From the IMG/VR virus record IMGVR_UViG_3300029913_001576: a stretch of DNA of 34,410 bases. One strand, given 5' to 3'. Below the pieces are notes generated by a model. The model searched no databases. It was not told the origin of the DNA and was given only the letters and a program-made list of their open reading frames with translations. Position 1 is the stretch's first letter, and each line of letters starts with the position of its first letter. The stretch comes from an uncultured virus (IMG/VR IMGVR_UViG_3300029913_001576) (lineage: Duplodnaviria; Heunggongvirae; Uroviricota; Caudoviricetes). A program made the translations under genes and the position numbers. Positions 9,278 through 17,831 of this stretch are shown here, in pieces.

Positions 9278-9574
9278 AGAGCAAGATGGGGAGGGTAAAA
9301 CGCTTGAAAAAGTGCGAGGCGGGGCGAGGCTTCGGGATGTTCCTATGAGAGTTGTCGATGTACTGGACGGTGCTGTGACTCGGATGCTTTGGGCCAGCTT
9401 GGTCACCCTCGGGGTGTCGGTCCTTGTGAGCATCTGGTCAGTAAGCGATCATCGGCTTCGCTTGTTCATTCGAGAACAGACCCCGAAAGAGAGGCTGCTT
9501 GTGATCGTGTCGATCTGGGTAGGGGTGCTCGCAGTGATGGTCGTTGTTGGGCGCGCAGCCTAGCGTTTCGCCGA

Positions 9575-9784
9575 TCAGAACTCGCACACCCACCGGGACG
9601 CCGGGAGGACGACGGCTTGTGCCGAGAGGTCGCTGGTGTCAGTCGGATGACCCTTGCCGTCGGCAGACTTAAGGTATTCGCGGCGCTTGTAGCGGAAGGT
9701 GTCTCCCGCCTCAAAGTCGGCAAAGCGCCTCATGGGGGTTCCGGAGCGGGACTTGCGCCGCGCGTGGTGGCTTCGTATTGGCAT
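9575..9784 (-). CDS. small hypothetical protein
   Basis: 69 aa; motif 4 nt before ATG. Confidence 0.65.
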   Translation of the reverse strand: MPIRSHHARRKSRSGTPMRRFADFEAGDTFRYKRREYLKSADGKGHPTDTSDLSAQAVVLPASRWVCEF

Positions 9785-9803
9785 GCCTCAAGATGGGGCG
9801 TCT

Positions 9804-10151
9804 CTACCGCCCTTTAGCCCAGAACCATGCGGCCAGAGCAGCCAACAGAATGACACCGATCAGTATCTCCCTGACGAAATAGGTACGCTCCCTCGAATTG
9901 GCCTCACGCTCCGCGGCCTCCTCCTTTGTGAGGGTATAATCGAACTCAAGCGACTTCGGGATAACCTGAATGCGCGCATCGGTCGCCTCCATGCCGGCGA
10001 AGATTCGCTCTGCACTCCGCCGAGCGGCCCACTCCGCCGCCTCGGGAGTCGTCGCATCGCAATCTACCGAGATCGAGCCGACGGCGACAATCACTTGCCC
10101 ATCCCGGTCAGGAACCCGCTTGCGATAGGTCCAGTAGGTTCTGTAGTTCAC
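9804..10151 (-). CDS. hypothetical protein with C-terminal TM helix
   Basis: ILIGVILLAALAAWFW tail; start uncertain (GTG 10151 chosen). Confidence 0.55.
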   Translation of the reverse strand: MNYRTYWTYRKRVPDRDGQVIVAVGSISVDCDATTPEAAEWAARRSAERIFAGMEATDARIQVIPKSLEFDYTLTKEEAAEREANSRERTYFVREILIGVILLAALAAWFWAKGR

Positions 10152-10182
10152 GAGAAGTGTTGGGATGCGGTGTGAGTTGAGG

Positions 10183-10605
10183 TCAAAACCAGTTGGCCAT
10201 GAATCCGCGCAATTGGCTCCAGTCTCCGGTGACCATTGCGACACGCGCTTGGTTCGCAATGAGCCCCATCATCGTCCATCGCTTCTCGCGGTAGGCGAGA
10301 TCGTAGTAGCAAACCGCCTTGTTGACCGTGTGGTTGTTGGCGCCATTTGCCGCCTTGCGAACATCCGCGACCAGGATGTGATCGTAGCTCAGTTCGCCGA
10401 TTTTCCCGCCGACGGCCATGACAAGCCCGTAGACCTCGACCGCCTTGATCTCTCTCGCGGGGTCCAAACCGTGGACACCGAACTCCGGGTTACTGTTGGC
10501 CGCCTTAGCCCTTTCGATGGCCTCCTCGATGGTTGCCGCGCCACGAATAAGGCAGTTTGCTGCCTTGCCCTCTCGGGAGTAATACATGACGGCAAAGTCG
10601 CTCAT
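10183..10605 (-). CDS. hypothetical protein
   Basis: Start MSDFAV at 10605, variant motif CCATCTTT 4 nt upstream. Confidence 0.7.
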   Translation of the reverse strand: MSDFAVMYYSREGKAANCLIRGAATIEEAIERAKAANSNPEFGVHGLDPAREIKAVEVYGLVMAVGGKIGELSYDHILVADVRKAANGANNHTVNKAVCYYDLAYREKRWTMMGLIANQARVAMVTGDWSQLRGFMANWF

Positions 10606-10656
10606 GAAGAAAGATGGGGACGCGGCGAACGGCCCCCTCAAGGGAAGCGGGTGCTC

Positions 10657-11478
10657 TCACGCAATTCCGTGCCCGTGGGCTACCTGCTGCGCGACCCCTG
10701 GGGTCGGTAACTTGCGCAGTGACTGGCCCGGCGAGAACCGCACTCGCTCCTCAACGAAGAGTTCGAGCTTCTTGCCGTTCCCAAGGATGAGGGCATCGCC
10801 TTCCGGACTGATGGTCGAATTGAGGATGTCTTGGACGCCGATGTCCCATGACCCCTGAGCCGGGGCGGGGGAATGAGCGGGCGCTCCGAGGTGGGACTGC
10901 CACGTCTCGGTGACGGAGCTGCCAAGGCTGCGGTAAAACTCTCCGTCGAGGGAGCCCCCGAGGATGGGTGCAGAAAGCGCCTTCGTGATGATCTCCGGCG
11001 TCACGACGGTCTCGCCCCCGCGGTCCTTCGGTTCGGAAAACGAGGCGCGCTTTTCGGCGTAGACCTCAAGGCTGCGGCCGTCTGGCAACGTCAATGCCGT
11101 TCCGGAAGCTGCGATCTCGGAGTTGAGCACGTCGTCCAGCGTGACGGCACCCGTCTCCCCCCACCCTTCGATGATTTCCTGGGTCGGAGACATATCCGCG
11201 AGCAGACCATTCCAGACAGGCCCCTCTTGGGTGGAGTGGAACTTGCCATCCAGCGAGTACCCGATGACCGAAGAAAGGTCGCGGGAAAGCGAATCGCGCG
11301 AAGGCGACGACTTGGGTTCCGCAGTTTCGACTGCGGCGCGCCCGGTGAGCCTTAGGATAACGTCCCGTGCCTCGTCCTTCGTCATGCCCCCCATAATCCG
11401 AGCCCCGATGTCGTTCATCTTGAGGGTGTCCCTCGCGATCTTCAGCTGATGGCGTTCTGGAACCGTGAGTGTCTTCAT
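10657..11478 (-). CDS. hypothetical protein with duplicated domain and LRKLPTP tail
   Basis: 273 aa; internal repeat SLDGxF...DxLNS.I...G.AL.L.xG..LE. Confidence 0.8.
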   Translation of the reverse strand: MKTLTVPERHQLKIARDTLKMNDIGARIMGGMTKDEARDVILRLTGRAAVETAEPKSSPSRDSLSRDLSSVIGYSLDGKFHSTQEGPVWNGLLADMSPTQEIIEGWGETGAVTLDDVLNSEIAASGTALTLPDGRSLEVYAEKRASFSEPKDRGGETVVTPEIITKALSAPILGGSLDGEFYRSLGSSVTETWQSHLGAPAHSPAPAQGSWDIGVQDILNSTISPEGDALILGNGKKLELFVEERVRFSPGQSLRKLPTPGVAQQVAHGHGIA

Positions 11479-11498
11479 CGAATGTTCGGGGTTTAGGG

Positions 11499-11894
11499 TC
11501 AGCTAACGGACGGCCCCTGGGCCAAAGAGGGAGCGCGTGGGGTGGGAAGCCGCCGAAGCGTCGGAGCCTCGGATAACTCCAACTCCTGTTCTTTCCTCAG
11601 CTCGTCCGCGCGATGCAGAGCGGCCTGGATGTCGTCTGCGAAAGTCGCGTTCCCTCCGAGGTTCCAATCGACGTTGGAGATGTTGAGTCCCGTCTGGTTC
11701 TTAACGAACGAGACCAGGGCGTTGTGAAGATGCCCGTAGGTAGAGCCCTGACTGGAGTTCCGGTCATCCATCTTGTTCATCTCCATCATCACCGACGTTA
11801 TCATGATGACAGTATCGCGGTCTTCTGGGCGCAGGACTGGGTCGATGGCTCGGGGCTGTTCGAAGGGATGAACGGTGGAATCGGCGTCTTTCAT
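11499..11894 (-). CDS. hypothetical protein with LRRLPTP tail
   Basis: 131 aa; CCCATAATTG upstream. Confidence 0.75.
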   Translation of the reverse strand: MKDADSTVHPFEQPRAIDPVLRPEDRDTVIMITSVMMEMNKMDDRNSSQGSTYGHLHNALVSFVKNQTGLNISNVDWNLGGNATFADDIQAALHRADELRKEQELELSEAPTLRRLPTPRAPSLAQGPSVS

Positions 11895-11959
11895 GGTAGT
11901 CTGGGCTGCTCTTTCAATTATGGGTGAACGTGAAGGGGGAATCCTTGGGTGGTGCCTAT

Positions 11960-12571
11960 CTAGCCCTGTGAAATGCCCGACTGGACGGCCTGTGTGCGGG
12001 CCGGCGTGGGGAGGGGCCTGAGAGTGGGCGCGGCAGGGGCAAACGATAGGTCCGGCACGGCGGTCCTGATCGCGTCCCGATAGGTTCCGTCGGGGAAACG
12101 GGCGATAGGCGTGAACTCGATCTGCATATAGGGACCAGCCAAGGCGATCCCGGTCCTGTACCCTGCCATTGTGGTCACTGTCCCGGCCGGGATGACCTCG
12201 TTGCCGACATAGTTGGCGTCTTTCACCAGTACGAGGGGGGTGCCGACCTTATGTTCCGAATGGCCCTCCCTAAGGCGCGCTCCCTCGGGTAGTTCGGTGT
12301 ATGCCGGGGGCACCTGGATCATCTGCCAAAGCGGCTCGTCCCCCGAAACGTGGATCTGGCAATGAGATAGGTCGCGCTTTTCGGAGGGGCGCTCGCGGTG
12401 GACGGCAAACACGCGGTCGAGGTACTTTTCGTCCGGGACGTACTTCCAGTCCAAGCGCTCGAACCTCTCGGTTGGCCCGTTGTGGGTCCGTACCGAGAAG
12501 GAATGGAGCGAATTCAGCATGGCGGCCATGCCTGCCCCGGTGCTCAGCGTCCTAGGGTCAATAGGTTTCAT
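11960..12571 (-). CDS. hypothetical protein with LRPLPTP tail
   Basis: 203 aa; CCCCATACTT upstream. Confidence 0.75.
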   Translation of the reverse strand: MKPIDPRTLSTGAGMAAMLNSLHSFSVRTHNGPTERFERLDWKYVPDEKYLDRVFAVHRERPSEKRDLSHCQIHVSGDEPLWQMIQVPPAYTELPEGARLREGHSEHKVGTPLVLVKDANYVGNEVIPAGTVTTMAGYRTGIALAGPYMQIEFTPIARFPDGTYRDAIRTAVPDLSFAPAAPTLRPLPTPARTQAVQSGISQG

Positions 12572-12637
12572 CTACCCTAAAGTATGGGGTGGCCACCCAA
12601 GTCAGCCTTCATGGCGCACCCCCGCAGTGGAGGAAGC

Positions 12638-12919
12638 TCAGCCGCTAGAAGGGGCTTCCGGGGCGGGAACCTGGTAGGATTCGGCAAGTCCCGTAGCGCC
12701 AACCAAGGTCACGGCCGAACCCGGAAGAGGGGCCGGCGAGACCTCGCCCCCGCACCAGTTCGCCCGGGAGACGATGCCACCCGAATTCCAACGGCCGCTC
12801 TCTTCGTCCTTCCAGCGAATGTGGAAGAATCCGCGCGTGGAGCGATGGTAGACCCACCGCAGAACGCCATCAGCGCCGCGGTAGGCTTTCCCGACTTCAG
12901 GAGGAGGGACAGGGTTCAT
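12638..12919 (-). CDS. hypothetical protein
   Basis: 93 aa ORF fitting gene packing. Confidence 0.6.
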   Translation of the reverse strand: MNPVPPPEVGKAYRGADGVLRWVYHRSTRGFFHIRWKDEESGRWNSGGIVSRANWCGGEVSPAPLPGSAVTLVGATGLAESYQVPAPEAPSSG

Positions 12920-12935
12920 GGCGAGAAGCGTTGGG

Positions 12936-13235
12936 TCACGACTGGGGGTCGATCACCACAATCCGCTTGCCCGCCGCGATGGCGGCATCCACAGCCTTGT
13001 CCTCCTCTGCCAAACGGAGGTATGACTCGCCCTCCCACGAGGTGTAATGAGCCTTGTTCGCGTTGACCCACGAAAGCATCGCGCCCCCCCAGACCTCAGG
13101 GTCGCCGCCAGTCCACCCGTCGGGGTAAAGGTAGTCGAGCAACTGGCAGGTGTAGACCACTGCGACACCGTTGCGCCGCACAAAGGCCGGAAACGCCGAG
13201 GCGGTCGGGGCAGGAGCGGAAGCGATTGCGTTCAT
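12936..13235 (-). CDS. hypothetical protein
   Basis: 99 aa; motif 4 nt before ATG. Confidence 0.75.
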   Translation of the reverse strand: MNAIASAPAPTASAFPAFVRRNGVAVVYTCQLLDYLYPDGWTGGDPEVWGGAMLSWVNANKAHYTSWEGESYLRLAEEDKAVDAAIAAGKRIVVIDPQS

Positions 13236-13265
13236 GCCCCAAGATGGGAGGGTGCCAAAGTCGGC

Positions 13266-13604
13266 TTATTTCGCGTCTTTTGTGGCAGGCGCCGAAGCCG
13301 CTCGCTGGCGGGCGTAGCCAAGGTAACGAATGGCGCCAAGAATCGTGTCCCACGACACCCCGACCGCCGAATCGTGGTTCCTGTGGATCTCTGAAAGCAC
13401 ATGTTTGGCCTCGGCCACCTTCAGTCGCTTAAGCCCTCCTTCAACGGCAGCGGACTGCACGTCGGAGACGTTCCAGATAATGGCGACACCCTGGCGATCC
13501 CAGAAACCGAGCAGGGCTTTTTCAGCCTTCGCCGCCTGTTCATCGGTGAGAGCCAGCGCTTGGGCGACGGCGGAGGCCATGCCGCTTATGTGGTGGTTGA
13601 ACAT
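13266..13604 (-). CDS. phage-type hypothetical protein
   Basis: 112 aa; motif 4 nt before ATG; IIWNVSDV...HDSAVGVSWDTI resembles a phage family as I recall it. Confidence 0.75.
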   Translation of the reverse strand: MFNHHISGMASAVAQALALTDEQAAKAEKALLGFWDRQGVAIIWNVSDVQSAAVEGGLKRLKVAEAKHVLSEIHRNHDSAVGVSWDTILGAIRYLGYARQRAASAPATKDAK

Positions 13605-13717
13605 GCCCCAAGATGGCAGGCGGTTTCTGGAGGCTTTTCACCCCATACTTTTTATGTGGCCAAACGCGTTGTCATCCGTGGGCGAAATGCCCCTCAAAAA
13701 TGAGGATTGGCGAAGCT

Positions 13718-14944
13718 ATGCGCGCCTTCTGGGCAGAGCCGTTTTGCTCGATGCGCCCGGTTGGCCGCCACGGATCGGTGAAGATTGTCGCGGGAGCGCT
13801 GGCGGCACTCGTCCTTCTTTGGGCTCTCTACTGGCCGTCGCTCTCCTGGGGCTGGCTCATGGATGATGACCTGATCTTGATGCGGTGCCGGCACCTCGGA
13901 CAGTGGACCTGGGGCTCACTCCAGTGGGCTCTAACCGACGTTGACTACGGGCGGCGATGGACCCCTGTGCTTTGGCTGATAGCGCTCATTCCTCCCGCCA
14001 ACACGGCGCTCGGCTATCATGTTTTGGCGCTCGCACTCGCATCTGTTTTAACGGTAGCAATCCTCCTGCTTCTGCTCCGGCTGACCGGTTTTTGGTGGGC
14101 TCTTTTCCTCACGTGCGCGCTGGTATCCACGCCCCTTCGGTTAGAAGTCTTTGGGTGGACGATGGGGTTTGTCTACGTAAGCGTGGCCATCTTCTGTGTT
14201 GCGGCCTTCCTGACAGACAGGCCCTCGGTGGCGCTTCTTTGGGCGATTCTGGCGCTCCTCACCTACCCACAGGCGGCCGGCGTATTCATCTTGGTGCTCT
14301 GGCGATTTCGGAGGTCTGGCTGGAGCCTGATCGGACTCGTGTTCCTTTTGGAATTCGTCGCTGTTCAGTATTACATTCGGCAGCAAATCGGCTTTCTCCC
14401 TTGGCGCGCAGATTGGACCGTCTGGCCCTTTGCGACCTTGCACTATTTCCTGATGGTCCCGTTCCCGGCAGTTCTCTCGCCTATGTTCCCCGCGCGAGCC
14501 TACCAAGCCCTGTTCTTCGGGCTTCTGATCGTGATGCTTTGGGGAGCGTTGCACTGGCGCTCTCTGTGCCTCGTTCTTGTCGTACTCGCGCCCGTCTTGG
14601 TCGCGAGCATCACCGAGGCGTTTTGGTTCTGTGCGCGCTACAGTCTGCTGTTTGAAATAGCCTGCGCGGCAGTGTTCGCATGGAAGCTGCGAGAATACAC
14701 GCTGCCAGTAAAGTGGCGCATCGCGCCGTTACTCGTAATCTTGCTCGGTGCCGTTGCTACGACCCGCTCAGACATCTTTGCAAGGGGCAGATTAAACACG
14801 CTCGACCGGACAGTCGCATGCGCGCAGGCCCTGGGCGCCCCCACTGACATTTTTCGCTACTTCGCCAATCACCTCACTCCGTCTGAACGGATTGAGATCA
14901 AGACGCGTCCGAACCTGAAGCGGGTCGTCTATGGCGTTCCCTGA
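13718..14944 (+). CDS. polytopic membrane protein, GT-C glycosyltransferase-like
   Basis: About 10 hydrophobic segments; DDD motif after TM1 followed by RWTP, like the DD...RP loop of GT-C enzymes; start uncertain (13718 to 13778). Confidence 0.65.
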   Translation: MRAFWAEPFCSMRPVGRHGSVKIVAGALAALVLLWALYWPSLSWGWLMDDDLILMRCRHLGQWTWGSLQWALTDVDYGRRWTPVLWLIALIPPANTALGYHVLALALASVLTVAILLLLLRLTGFWWALFLTCALVSTPLRLEVFGWTMGFVYVSVAIFCVAAFLTDRPSVALLWAILALLTYPQAAGVFILVLWRFRRSGWSLIGLVFLLEFVAVQYYIRQQIGFLPWRADWTVWPFATLHYFLMVPFPAVLSPMFPARAYQALFFGLLIVMLWGALHWRSLCLVLVVLAPVLVASITEAFWFCARYSLLFEIACAAVFAWKLREYTLPVKWRIAPLLVILLGAVATTRSDIFARGRLNTLDRTVACAQALGAPTDIFRYFANHLTPSERIEIKTRPNLKRVVYGVP

Positions 14945-14979
14945 TGCGGCATGCTTCCCGCCTCGTTCTGTTTTAGACC

Positions 14980-15456
14980 ATGAAATTCATCCGTAACAGT
15001 CCCGTTGTTCACCTGCTTCTAATCGGCTTTGCTGCCCTGGCATTCGGTCTTGGGGTCCGCTTCACCTACGAAGAATTGCTGCACGGCGGCGAGAGCCCTG
15101 GCTCCCTGAGCACGATGTTTGCCGACCTAGCCAGAAAGCATATCGAGGCAGTCCAGACGGAATTATTGAATACTCCTGTGGAGGGGAAGCCAATCAACCT
15201 CACCCCGCCGAACATCCTGATGTACTCGTGCAGGCGCTATGCTGACACAAAATACACGACGACGGACGGCGTCGAATTCAAGGTGCGCGATGCGACCATA
15301 GAAAACCTTAAGCGCACAAATGCCGTGATTACGGAAACTATCGTTTGGGATCACTGGGGCATCCACTACACCTTCAGTAACAAGATCGAGGCGCGGATTG
15401 CCGATGCAAAGTGGTCCGTAGAGTCGATGGACTACAGCACTTCCGCCGGCCTCTAG
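14980..15456 (+). CDS. membrane-anchored/exported hypothetical protein
   Basis: 158 aa with an N-terminal TM helix. Confidence 0.7.
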   Translation: MKFIRNSPVVHLLLIGFAALAFGLGVRFTYEELLHGGESPGSLSTMFADLARKHIEAVQTELLNTPVEGKPINLTPPNILMYSCRRYADTKYTTTDGVEFKVRDATIENLKRTNAVITETIVWDHWGIHYTFSNKIEARIADAKWSVESMDYSTSAGL

Positions 15457-15457
15457 C

Positions 15458-16249
15458 TTAACGGCTAAGCAGGTAGTCGCTCCGGAGCGATCCGTTGGAG
15501 GAGACGACCGCGAGGGAGCGTTGGTCTGTATCGAGGACCGCATGGCTGGGGACCATGTCGGAACCAGTGGCGTCGGCTTGGCCGGCGTTGATGCACCACG
15601 AGTCAGAAAAGCGCTCGATATGGACTCCGCTTAGGCGCGTGGTATCGTGGTCGTGTCCCGAAAAGACGAAGTCGAAGGGAAAGCGCTCGATCCACCTAAG
15701 CAGGCCAACGTCACCGAAGACCGGCCCTGGGGCTGCAAGCAAACCGGTGGGCGGGCGGTGATGGACAAGGAGCCATTGCCTCCTAGGGACGCCGTGCATC
15801 AGCGCGTCTCCCGCCCGGATGGCGCGAAACGCTCGGACTGTGCGCTCTTTGTCGTACTCCCAGTGAAAGGGCGTAACGGTAACCACGAGGTCTCCGACGA
15901 CCCGTGACTCATCGTCGAGGATAAACTGTGGCCCAAGGGACCGTAGGTGAGTCCAAAGTTCATCGGCGGCGGGCTCGGCCGGGGCCTCGTCTGTCTCGGG
16001 AGAGCCTTGGTCGTGATTGCCCGAGCTGATCGCGATGGGGGTTGTCGTTGCCGTCGCATAGCTATCAGCCCACTTCTTGAGCGGGGCAATCTGCGCCAAA
16101 TGGTCGATTGTCTCGCGCTTACGCTTGCCTACCCCTCGAAGGATCAGGTCTCCACCGATCACCACCAGCCCGTAGCGTGGCGCCTGAGCGGTCAGCCACG
16201 CGAACCACACAGGGTTCGCGTGCAGGTCGGATGTAAGGAGCTCCTTCAC
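15458..16249 (-). CDS. calcineurin-like metallophosphoesterase
   Basis: SDLH, GGD, GNHD, HH and SGHDH motifs in the canonical order. Confidence 0.9.
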   Translation of the reverse strand: MKELLTSDLHANPVWFAWLTAQAPRYGLVVIGGDLILRGVGKRKRETIDHLAQIAPLKKWADSYATATTTPIAISSGNHDQGSPETDEAPAEPAADELWTHLRSLGPQFILDDESRVVGDLVVTVTPFHWEYDKERTVRAFRAIRAGDALMHGVPRRQWLLVHHRPPTGLLAAPGPVFGDVGLLRWIERFPFDFVFSGHDHDTTRLSGVHIERFSDSWCINAGQADATGSDMVPSHAVLDTDQRSLAVVSSNGSLRSDYLLSR

Positions 16250-17146
16250 CTATCGTCCTGCGGCGGGGTTGACCGCCAGCGTCAAGATCGTAGCAGCCAC
16301 CTCGTCGAGTGAGCGTTGGTAATACCTTGCGACATCGGAGTCCCGTGGCCATGCGTCACGACGGGCAACGATGCCAGGCTGAAGGGCCTCGGCTGCGGCT
16401 TGCGCGAGTTTCCGTAGCCGAAGGATCTCCTCCGCCTCGCTCTTCGGGGCTAGGCCGTAGTAAGCGCGCAGGAGCCCGGCAATCGCCTTCTGTGCAGCGT
16501 CACACATCTGGGTGTACTCGTCGCCATTGCCGTAGCCGATCTTCAGCCACCGGGCCTCGGACGAAGCTCGAACGTAGAACTTCCCGGATTCGTCCATCTC
16601 TACCACGTCAAAGGTCTCTTCATTGACCGTGAACGGCTCCGTGGAGAGCGTCACCGGCCAAACCTCGCGGTTGCCAGCAAACGCATCTCCACTGGCGCAA
16701 GCCGTGCGTGCGAATTCGAAGAGTTCATGGCGGAGGGCCGTGAGCCTGGGATGACAAGGGGTGGAAGCGGAAGGCGTGGGCACAGGAACCCTCGCCGCCA
16801 TGGGGTCGGTGCGCTCGTCTATCTGCATGGCTTCGGCAAGCTGCCGGAGGGCCTTCAACGTCTCTGGCGACCGGCCGCCGCCAGCGCCGGGATCGCAGAA
16901 CTCGATCTCGGCCTCGGCTCGGCCGCCAACAGTGTTGCGGCCGACGATATGGACGACAACGTCCCCGTCAGCCTGGCGATCCATGTCGCGAGACCAGACG
17001 CAGGCGTGAGCCCTCGGGCAAGAGATAGTCTCTTCAACCCAGTTGCGGTCGCGCTGGATGTGACGACCGGTCGGGCGGAAGCCATCGTTCTCCACCCATG
17101 CGAGCACAAACACGGGGTTCTTTAGCGGTGAGAGTGTTGCTGCCAT
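16250..17146 (-). CDS. hypothetical protein
   Basis: 298 aa; variant motif CCATCTTA 4 nt before ATG. Confidence 0.75.
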   Translation of the reverse strand: MAATLSPLKNPVFVLAWVENDGFRPTGRHIQRDRNWVEETISCPRAHACVWSRDMDRQADGDVVVHIVGRNTVGGRAEAEIEFCDPGAGGGRSPETLKALRQLAEAMQIDERTDPMAARVPVPTPSASTPCHPRLTALRHELFEFARTACASGDAFAGNREVWPVTLSTEPFTVNEETFDVVEMDESGKFYVRASSEARWLKIGYGNGDEYTQMCDAAQKAIAGLLRAYYGLAPKSEAEEILRLRKLAQAAAEALQPGIVARRDAWPRDSDVARYYQRSLDEVAATILTLAVNPAAGR

Positions 17147-17169
17147 AGGGTAAGATGGCGCGAGTCGTC

Positions 17170-17562
17170 CTAGACCAAATTGCCATCCGGGCCATAGACA
17201 AGCACCTGGCGCCCCGCCTTCCGGGCGTCGATGGCAGTCGGATGCAAATCAATCTCCTCCTCCGTGTCGAAACTGTCGATCAGCCGCCCCTCAATCTGGA
17301 GAGTGAATTTGCCCGGGACGATGTACACGGCCGGCTTGTTGCCCGTTACGGGCACTACTCGGGAATCCGGCACGCTGTATTTCGCCTGCAAAGCCTTCAG
17401 GTCATTGCTGGTTTCCACCACCTCATGTTTGCGATGGGTGCGGACCCAGACCCCATAGCGTCCGAGGCGGATCGTTTTACCGTCGTCACGCGTTAGGACC
17501 GGGTCATGCCCCATGTCGGTTACAAACGTGTCTCCAGAAACAGGCTGCTGCGATTGGTTCAT
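17170..17562 (-). CDS. hypothetical protein
   Basis: Start MNQSQQ at 17562, motif 29 nt upstream. Confidence 0.7.
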   Translation of the reverse strand: MNQSQQPVSGDTFVTDMGHDPVLTRDDGKTIRLGRYGVWVRTHRKHEVVETSNDLKALQAKYSVPDSRVVPVTGNKPAVYIVPGKFTLQIEGRLIDSFDTEEEIDLHPTAIDARKAGRQVLVYGPDGNLV

Positions 17563-17616
17563 GTGAAGGGCTGGCGTTGGTCTATTAGCCTCAAGATGGG
17601 ACCACACCGTCTGGGC

Positions 17617-17639
17617 AAAAAAAGCACCCGCCCTGGTGC
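17617..17639 (-). terminator. putative intrinsic terminator
   Basis: Minus strand reads GCACC-AGGGCG-GGTGC-TTTTTTT. Confidence 0.55.
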
Positions 17640-17775
17640 GCAGTACGGTCTCTCGCGAAAGAACCGCCCGAGGCGTGACGGGTTTATTGAGTCCAACTTG
17701 AGGCTCCGTTGCTCAAGCAGCAAGGAAAGACGTTAGGGCGGTGGAGCCCGAGACTACCTCAGCTCGGACTACCAA
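17617..17775 (-). ncRNA. candidate structured small RNA
   Basis: Intergenic, several pairable segments (17690-17703 with 17757-17770; TTGCT/AGCAA hairpin), ends in the terminator; no family recognised. Confidence 0.3.
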
Positions 17776-17831
17776 GGGTAAGTGCAGTTTTGCTGCATTG
17801 AAACGCTGTGAAACCCGCCTTTGGTAAAAGC

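Noticed and set aside
9427..9563. Possible small plus-strand TM peptide upstream of the recombinase
   Set aside because: Hydrophobic tail is plausible but the start is unclear and there is no supporting signal.
11768..11775. CCATCTTG on the plus strand
   Set aside because: Single copy inside a minus-strand CDS with no associated start; consistent with chance.
13654..13866. ATG directly after the class-2 box opening a 70-aa frame
   Set aside because: It overlaps the GT-C gene out of frame and resembles nothing; an upstream ORF or frameshift cannot be supported.
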